DNA from: Octopus sinensis
Lineage: Eukaryota
Reading direction: 5' to 3'
DNA: 64,000 nt
Assembly: GCF_006345805.1 (NCBI RefSeq)
Contig: NC_042999.1
Coordinates: forward strand, 144,212,001 to 144,276,000
In this document: positions 55,031-64,000 of the stretch, piece by piece
How positions within the stretch are numbered: the stretch's first letter is position 1
Layout of the letters: each line of letters opens with the position of its first letter
The notes under the pieces: generated by a model
The model's database searches: none
Told to the model about the DNA's origin: nothing
The model's input: only the letters and a program-made list of their open reading frames with translations
Program-made: the position numbers and the translations under genes

Positions 55031-56727
55031 TTAAGGAACAGGAAGCTTCTTCTGCTTCATAGTCTCTCCTGATGAATGACTTGACTTTGGATAGGAAGAG
55101 TGACATTTTAGGGGTACAGAAGGACTTTTGGAACTGACAACAGATTTCCCTTTCTGGTTTAAGTCAGCAGTTTCTAAAGTTCCATGATCCTCATCTGCTT
55201 CCAACTCATCATCAAAATAACTCATGTTCGAAAAGGCTGAACTTGAAATATCTCTAAGGCCCCTTCGAAATTTTGACTTGCTAGGTTTGGAATGTTTTAC
55301 AGCACTGGCTGTGTGAACAGTAGTCCGAGAATCAGTAATTTGCCGAAATACATCATCTTCACTCGATGGACTTTCCATGAAGTGACGATCATGAGGTTCA
55401 ACAGTTTGAAAATCACTTGACCCCAACAAACAGGAATCTTCAGATTGTAAATCATCAATTGGAGAATCTAATTTGATCATGTCGTCATTGCTGCTGCTGC
55501 TGCAGGCACTTAGATGGGTTTGGGAGCCACTCGGGTAAGTGGAAGGCATTTCAGAAAATGGTACAGCTCCAAAAACATCTTGGCTTTCAGTAGAAGATGG
55601 CAATGAGCTACCCTGACTAGGGGAACTGCAAACATCAACTGGTGGACTAACTGTATGTGAATGGTAGCTGTGAGGTGGCTCCACAACTGACACAAGCTCC
55701 TTAACATCATCTAAATCTGGAGTAACAGCACATGACGATGGTGCTGTTTGAATGGAACTGGGAGTCTTTTTATCATTAAATGGAGCTTTGGAAAAGATCT
55801 CTTCGATGGTGTTTGGTGGGGTTTCAGGGGTGGTCAGGGCAAGAGCAGAGCTACTAGTTCTACTAGCCTTTGACCCGCCCTGAAGCTTATTACTAAATTT
55901 ACTTCGAAAAGGTGCTTGGGAAAATACATCTTCAGAAGTCTTTGATAAGAAAGTGGCAGAAACAGAACTTGGTATCACTGCACTAATAGGCCGTCGCTTA
56001 GTTCCACTTTTTATTGGAAACGGTGCAGCTGAAAATACATCTTCATTAAATTGTCCCAGAACAGACTGAATTAGTGCAGCATCACTTCCAATGTTTTCTT
56101 CACTAACAGTATGTCGTTTATGTTGAAGATTGCTGCTTTTAGATGTCCCTAAATTTGAATGCACCTCCTCTAATTCATCATCATCAAGCAAGGGTTTTAT
56201 ACCATACTCATGACCAACAATTCTATCTTCATGATTCTCTGATATCTGATAATGAGAAACAGATAAGTTACTAGGAAAATTTCGTGTCATTTTCGATTCT
56301 TCATATTCCTCAAAAGATTCAAAATCTTCTTTGTGTTTTGAAGGTTTTGCAGCACTTGGTCGACTACCATATTCATCATCCAATTCCTGATAGCTAAAAT
56401 CAGCAGCACCTTTATTTATAATACCTCCATGGTAATCTTCAGAACTAGAGTCAACAACTTCTTTAGGTTGGATAGCTGGTTTAGTTGTAAGTTTCTTGCC
56501 TTTTGTTTCTATACGCTTCCTCTCTTTCTCCCCATTATCATCAACAAGTTGTTTGTACTTCTTGCCTGTTAAACCCAGCGCCACTTTTATTAAGGTGTTG
56601 CCACCAAATAGTTCATGACATTTTCCAGTTGATTCTGAGTTGAAATCAATAAGATCTTTTGTATGCTCGAGTGCAACATCTGCTGAACCTGTACTATGAC
56701 GCCGTGGACTTTTGTGCGCCAGATCTT
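55031..56727 (-). CDS. Nak: terminal coding exon of a Numb-associated kinase (AAK1/BMP2K/Nak family), disordered C-terminal tail
   Basis: About 565 open codons end in TAA at 55031-55033. A polypyrimidine tract and CAG acceptor (AG at 56729-56728) precede it, in phase 1. Motifs VGHEYGIKPLLDDDEL, repeated DVFSAAPF/DVFSQAPF/EIFSKAPF/DVFGAVPF and AFSNMS match the BMP2K/Nak C-terminus. The kinase exons are not seen in this window. Confidence 0.85.
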
Positions 56728-57235
56728 CTGGAAAAATAAGAGAAGAAAAGAAGAAGAAAATCAGTTTTAAAAACAAGCAAAACCACGAGAAGGAAATGAA
56801 TACATAAAATACATATAAAACAAATTGATTTAAAAAAAAATAAAAGCAGAGGAAATGTGATAAATGTAAAGGAGAATGAAGATGAGAGTTAAATAAAAGA
56901 AATAAATAAATAAAAGATAGAAAGAGCTAAGAAGGAAAAGAGAGAAATTAAAAGATAGAAAAAGTGACAAGGGAGAGTAGTGATAAAAAAAAAAATAGGC
57001 AAAAGAAATAAAGAAATTGAAGCAGATATCATTTGAAATCAATTGCTGAAAATTTTCAGAAATGCTATTGCTTTCATAAGTATTAGCAGATGTATGCAAA
57101 TGTTGAATGAATTTTCTTCATTTAAAACAAAAGCATTGCAGAAAGAAAACAACAAATGCAAAGTTTTATGAAATTAAATTTTCTTCAGAAGCACTTAGTA
57201 AGAAATATACTAAATTAGCATTTTCTTACCTACAT

Positions 57236-57586
57236 GGTAAAAAGGATAAAGACCCCCTTCAGTCATGAATGACTATGGGATTGCTCCTAGAAAGTTCTCC
57301 TTCAAGGAACAAGTCCAGGCTAGGTTGTTTTATGGAAGACCAGCAGTCTCCCATACATACTAGCCTCTCCTCTCCACACAACTGGTGTTGTCCAAGGGAA
57401 AGGCAAATGCTGATACACTTCAGCACCAGTGACATCACAACTCATTCCTACAGCTGAGTGAACTGAAGCAACATGAAATAAAGTGTCCTGCTCAAGAACA
57501 CAACACACAGCCTTGTATGGGAATCGAACTCACTACCTCATGATTGTGAGCTTGACACTCTAATCACTGAGCCATGTGCTTTCACA
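57236..57586 (-). mobile_element. tRNA-headed SINE or RTE-associated repeat in the Nak intron
   Basis: Minus-strand TGGCTCAGTGATTAG (A box) and GAGTTCGATTCCC (B box), followed by a CORE-like GTCCTTGAGCAAGACAC-type body. Confidence 0.8.
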
Positions 57587-58572
57587 CTACATGGTAGTTC
57601 ACATGAAAATAACTAAATTGAAAACAAAAGATCTTTTTTATATTTTAATTACTTACTTTGTAACTAATTTTGATTGTTTAATCTTTATATCATTTCATTT
57701 AATACTGGATATTTTTTTTAAAAATTAAAAAGAGAGTAACAAGAAAACTCATGAAAAGTAGAGAACCACCATCAAATAATTTAAGAAAAACCTTGGAAAG
57801 TATCATTTTAATACTTTTTATTAAGAATGGAGAAAAGAATTTCAATGTAACCACCACCACCACCACCACCACATGAATTCAACAAAATAATATTTTTGTC
57901 GATATATATCAAATATTAAGACAATTTTATATTTAAACACATATTAATATCAGTCATGGTTATTGATTTCCTTTGATAAGATGCATATGGTCAATTACTG
58001 TAGGAGACAGGTTTTGTTTATTGAATTTACCACATTATTATAGGTATTGTTTTGTTAATATCAAAAAGATGGAAAGTAAATGTGATTTCTGACCCCATAT
58101 TATTAAGATACTGAAAATATACAATAAAATAGTCAATATGTGTTTTACTTTCTCACCTACCAGCACCACAAAATACTGCAACACAACATTTCAAGAACAA
58201 CAATAGGACATTAATAACATAAACATCATTTCTTAATTCACAATTTTTTTAACAATTGTTAAAATTTAATCAATACAAATTTTTAAAAAAATTATTTTTT
58301 TCATGGCTCGAATACCTTATTGTCACAGAAGCTAAAATACTCTGTGGAATGAATGCAGAAGTTTTCTTTATATATTTATTTTGTTCTGGTTTCAATACTC
58401 TAGTTATGATATCAGTACTATTAGTATTGTTATCATCATCTTTATATGCAGCAGTAGCACTGTCATTGTTTCAAATGTGAGAAACCTTTATTATTGAATT
58501 TTGAGATGAACTCTAAGCAGGGCTAAATTTGTCTTCATCTGCCTAAGATAGGTAAAGGGCATCAGAGAAGAA

Positions 58573-58606
<34 letters not shown>

Positions 58607-59769
58607 TAAGAGTGTGTGTGTGTTTTGCAGTAGTTGATTCCATTAATCTTATTCTTTACTTACAACAACTGCCCTAAAACCTAGTCACTAGAAATCCTTA
58701 TTTTAAAAATAAAGTACTGTGGAATTTAGTAGAAAGCACCAGCATTTTGTTTTACTCCCTTTAGTTGCAAGTTCAAGTTCTGACACATATTCAATTTGTT
58801 ATTTATCCCCACAATGCCAATCAAATAAGTATTTCTAGAGTTCAACCAATCAAGTACACCTCCAACACTTCAAAATTTGACCAGTGTCTTGTCAAAAATA
58901 AATATGTTTTAATCATTATTATATTAACATTTGTTGGCAAAAACAGAAAATGTCTGAATACAAAATGCCTAGCTTTGTCTCTCTAGCTTCTTACTTCAAT
59001 TTCTACCAAAGTTAGCTTTCTCATCCAAAGACAATAGAATACAGTATCTGTAATACATAGGATCAATTTAATTGACAATCTGCCCACTTCTTAATTAGAA
59101 AAAATGGGTTCTATTCCTTATTATAACAACTCAGAAGACGATGAAGTGCCACAGGTGGTAATGTGCTGCAGTAAATGCTTTACAACATACATGTTTGCCC
59201 CTCAGTGTTTTGAATTCAAATACTAGTGGTACTAACTTTGCCTTTTGAAGCATCTAATTTTGAAGTAATCAATAGCTAAATAGCTTGTACAAAACAACAT
59301 TAATAATTTCCAACTTTGACATGAAGCCCCATGGCTAATATCAACATGAGTTACCGAAGAACTCTCTACTAGTCATTTGGTCTACTAGAAAAGCAACCAA
59401 ATATCCATCAATTTCTGCCCTAAAAAAAAGAAAGGTCACACTGGATAATGTAATCCTCATATATATTATGTCTGAATTATATCAACCTCAGTACTTGACT
59501 TGTACTTTATTTAATCAACTCTGGAAGGATGACAGACAAAGCAGACCTTGATGGGATTTGAACTCAATATAAAGAACTGGACAAAATGCAGAATATTTTA
59601 TTCCAATGCTCTAACAATTCTGCCAATACATCATATGTTATAGTGATTTCTTTCATTGAGCACAAGGACCCAAAACATTGAGGACAATACAGGCACACAA
59701 AAGTGAAGTTTACATTGAGTAAAAGAAAGTCAACAAAAATAAAGAATATAACAATAAAATATTTCAACA

Positions 59770-60640
59770 AATGTTCCCACTAAGAGGAAAGACCACCTAG
59801 GCAATGTATTCAAAAGAAACATATCACAAAGGCCAGAATTATTTTGCCACATCCAAGGCGTCAAACGTGCTCTCTCCTGGTTTCTTTCTTCATACTTAAA
59901 AATGCATACTCAATGTAAGCTCATTCAACTTCACCAGCTGTCACCTATCTTTTATTAAATACACTGAAAGATAGCACTTCTTTCTAGCTTCATATTCCTC
60001 TTTAAGTATTACTAGAAAAAAGAAGGTATGCCAATTTTTGCCATAAACTTAGATGATAGATAAATCTATCCTATTTGTGATAGTAGCTGTTCAGCACAAG
60101 CCCACAAGTTAGTATCATCATCTTGTACACATCATGGACAGGTTCAACTGTTGGTATTGCTGCTTCCATGACTATAGAGCTTATCTCAAACAGCTGATAC
60201 CTGCTTATAATAGTCCCCAGCTTGATAGTCCTCCAGAAAAGAATGCTCAGATTGTTTTCATCAACCCCCAGAGTTGCTCTGGGGTCATCATCAATCGGAC
60301 CCACCACTAATCCATTATAGAATGCACAAGTTGTTTTCCCACCAAAGGCACTGCCCAGCTAGTAAAATACTCTGAATGCCAGACATTTTATTTGTCAAAT
60401 ACCCAACCTCAGTCTATGCTTAACTCATTATTGCAGCTCAAAGAGACAAGTTGCACAAAGACATGTCACTCAAATGTCACCACTTTGCATCACAGTCATA
60501 TGCCGGTGCATCAGCTTTTCAGTGCATACCTTCACATCATTAGCCATAACATTTCAAAACAGCCACAGAGTGAGCTAGGCAACTGGTGGATTTCCTGACA
60601 AGGAGAACCGGTGGTGGCAGAAAAGAATATATCAAGGTCA
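59770..60640 (-). mobile_element. old Tx1 LINE 3' fragment
   Basis: FYNGLVVGPIDDDPRATLGVDENNLSILFWRT aligns with FYRGLVEGRYDDELGANLGVDEEYLTRLFQTT of the 12282-13145 ORF. Confidence 0.78.
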
Positions 60641-61780
60641 GTATGTGAGTGGAACTCATATTTTAGAGAAATTAAACAAGATACATGGTAACTTGACTTG
60701 CTAGGCATAGAAGCTAAATCTTTAGTAGGAGAAAACAGTTGATAATTCCCGATATTTGATTGATACTTTTATCAACTCCAAATGAATGACAGACAAAGTT
60801 GACCCATGTGGAAGTTGATATAGAGATGTAGTATAATACCCAAGTCTTTCTGGCTGTCACGCTCCAATTCTGACCCCTAACACTCTTAATAGTCATGGTT
60901 GATTTCTGATGCAAAGCCACATTTTTCATGTTGAGGTACAGTTAGCTTCTCTAGTTGTAAGATGAAGGGTGATAATTGAAAATAGCTTCTATTATTATCA
61001 GTCCTATTTTTTCTATAAAAACTATGTGGTCATAATTCTCCTCCAGTATTATTTTTTTACAGCCCTTTTTTAATAATGATCACTGTCATGGTCAGAACAG
61101 AACAGTACTTTCATATATTGAAAGGAGAACAAGTGTTACACCAGCAACAGATTTAACTATGATGTGTAATGTGGAGTTACTTGAACTGAACCTAATACTT
61201 TACTGGTAGTTAATTTAGTCAATTGCAAAGGTATGACAAGCAGTTCAACCCAAATCTGAACTTTAAAAAAAAAGAAAAAAGAAAAGAAGAAGGGACATAA
61301 CTAAATACAGTTTCTGCAATCCATCACTCAACACAGATAATCAATAAATGATAAATAAATCAAGTTCTCACACATTGATACAAGACCGTGGACGTTTATG
61401 GGAGTTACAGGCAACTGAAAGAACTTCAGTCCTGGCTCAGTATATATTTATCCTAGTAGGATTTGAACTCATAATAAAGAGGGAATTACTAAATATTGTT
61501 TCTTTTACTACACTACATAATAATATTTGATTTCTTTATTTTGCAAACAAAGGCAATAAAAAGAAATGATAGCATAAAAAAATGTAGAAAAAATGCAAAC
61601 TATGAGGCTCTTGGAACTAAATCAGGTGACAAGAGAAAAATGAAGGAGTATCTGGTTCTCAAGCAAAAGATAGAATTGGTCAAGATAATTAAGAAAAAAA
61701 AGTGGAGTAGCTGCAGTAACCCAGGTTGAATTTGAATGAAAAGGGATACAAATAAGACATGTAATCTTGTGCTCTACTAT

Positions 61781-62352
61781 TTCTGCTATTCTATTACCTG
61801 TGTTATATAATTCACACTCTACAATAATTTCTAATTTAGGTACAAAGCCAATAATTTTAAGAGGAGGAGTTAATCAATAATACTGACCATCCATCTCATG
61901 CCAGCATTGGAAACAGATGTTAAACGTGATGATGATGATGATGATAACTGACCCTAATACTTGACTGTTACTTTATTTTATTGATCTCAGAAGGATGAAA
62001 AGCAAAGTTGACTTTGGCAAGATATGAATTCAGAATGTAAAGAACTGTAACTAAATACAGCTATGCTTCTGCTATTCTATTACCTGTGTTATATAATTCA
62101 CACTCTACAATAATTTCTAATTTAGGTACAAAGCCAATAATTTTAAGAGGAGGAGTTAATCAATAATACTGACCATCCATCTCATGCCAGCATTGGAAAC
62201 AGATGTTAAACGTGATGATGATGATGATGATAACTGACCCTAATACTTGACTGTTACTTTATTTTATTGATCTCAGAAGGATGAAAAGCAAAGTTGACTT
62301 TGGCAAGATATGAATTCAGAATGTAAAGAACTGTAACTAAATACAGCTATGC
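61781..62352. repeat. perfect 286-bp tandem duplication containing a SINE
   Basis: 61781-62066 matches 62067-62352. Confidence 0.92.
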
Positions 62353-63329
62353 ATCTTGTCTGAAGCTCTAATAGTTTTGCCAATTCTCCACCCTTTGATA
62401 ATGATTTCTCCCATAGGCACAATGCCTCACATCTGGCAGAGAGATTATTCAGATAAATCAATAACTGGCATTGTTTTATTGACTTTAATTATAATAATAA
62501 CACTGACAGATGCAATAACATACATTTTGAAAAAGAAAGAATTTTACAAATAAACGTCATTATTAACATCATTGTCTAAATACTCTTTTTTTTATGCGAG
62601 TGCTGATGGCAATCCAGTATTTCTAAGCAAACAGTTCTGCATTAATGCAATTTACATTTTTTTATGTAAAAAGATGTATGTGTATTAATGTCATCACTGA
62701 AGAATGAAACTTGCTCCAATCTAGCAAATAAATTTACTGAACTTGATGACATGTGACTTCAAAATATAGTGTTCAAATAGCAATAATTATTCTTAAGTTA
62801 ACTCTTACTGGCCTATGGTAATTGCTTACTGTTTGAAACAAATTTAACATTTGGTTGTGGACCATTATAAAATGTGTAAAAGGACTTGTACACAAAAACA
62901 CACACACAAGAAAGAGGGAGGAAAATATACTGGAATTTGTATGTGACAGGTCATAAGAACATTTTTTTAAATCAAACAAAATACGTTTGATTTGTCTCGT
63001 GATCAAGTTGCATAACTTCCTATGTGACAGTGGAAGGGACGTAACTCTCATAATGATATTGGCATTAGGTCATAAATTTGTAAGGAACAATGATAGCCAA
63101 TCCAGTATACTACCAACACTTATTTTGTAAATCCTAGTGAGCTGAAAGGCCATGTCAATCCCAACAGATTTTTAATTCAGAGTGAAAAGGACGTAACTGA
63201 ATACTTTAATATATTTTAGTTCAGTACTATTAATTTTTCCATTCCACTGCCTCTTTGTTTATTTTTTGAGTTGCTGGGTTTGGAAGAGGGTACAGTACCA
63301 ATGTTTGTCACAGGCCCAACAATACCAGT

Positions 63330-63990
63330 GAAATTGATGCTACTGAAAATCATTTTGAACCATTACAAGTCAGTATCTATGAAAAAAATATGAACAAAGA
63401 TGTTCCAGAGGTTGATATTCTGAAGAGTTAGAACTAGTTATAATGGTTAATGTGTAGTCTTGGGAGATTGGGTATAATAAGGGTGATGAGAAGAAAAGAA
63501 AGATAAGTGACTGAAGAATGCTTGAGTAGAGGTGACATTAGCCCAGCTAGTTCCAAGAAGTAGGTGTACATAAGGCAGAGAGAGGGTACAATCAATACTT
63601 CATAATGTGTCTCACCTGAGCTTCGCAAACTGTCAATTTTTAAGGGGTTAGGTATCTTCTAGCTCTGAAGAAATGAGCTAATCATTGGAATACAGTTCTA
63701 TATTAAGAACGTATTTTTATACTGAGGATTTCAGAAGAGATCCTCAGCACAGATGAGATTCAACATTTGGAATGATCAAGAGGACTCTATAGTTAGATGC
63801 TGCTTATGATTAAGTAGAGTGTAATGAAGGTTTTCTTGATATGAAGAGCATTTTTGATAATAGATTATAAGAGCAGTAAAACATATTAATGCCTCTACAT
63901 GAAGATCTCAATGTCGACTTCATATCACTAAAAATTAAATAAAATGAATTTTTCCCCAAGTTAATAATCTCTAGTGTCATTGCATATCTG
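63330..63990 (-). mobile_element. very degraded CR1/L2-group LINE 3' region
   Basis: Minus-strand ELAGLMSPL..HINHYN*F*LFRISTSGTS is reminiscent of the S.EL..Y.NSF..RT..LWN C-terminus. The match is weak. Confidence 0.35.
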
Positions 63991-64000
63991 ACAGACTATA

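Noticed and set aside
56728-56776. N-terminal MFLKLIFFFFSSLIFP of the 581-aa ORF as a signal peptide
   Set aside because: It is the translated polypyrimidine tract of the intron. The exon starts after the CAG acceptor.
62690-62720. CTGAAGAATGAAAC as a hammerhead core
   Set aside because: No supporting stems I or III

Overview
AT-rich, repeat-dense eukaryotic DNA. The SINE families, microsatellite load and transposon mix strongly resemble an octopus (coleoid cephalopod) genome; this is inferred from remembered repeat families, not from a search. Only one host-gene segment is supportable: a large minus-strand terminal coding exon (55031-56727) of a Numb-associated kinase (AAK1/BMP2K/Nak) gene. 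The rest is mobile-element debris: R4/Dong-like RLE LINEs, Tx1/L1 LINEs, Penelope-like GIY-YIG fragments, Helitrons, Tc1/mariner, hAT, pogo-like pieces, MITEs, a probable solo LTR, many tRNA-derived SINEs and microsatellites. Nearly all ORFs in the supplied track are microsatellite artefacts. The main points of interest are: minimal hammerhead-ribozyme motifs in Penelope-like repeats, LINEs that each sit in a specific microsatellite type, a head-to-tail SINE array, a sharp CpG-depletion boundary near 40.4 kb suggesting a roughly 14 kb Nak 3' region, and an orphan Myb/SANT ORF. I found no convincing wholly new system. All motif calls were made by eye.
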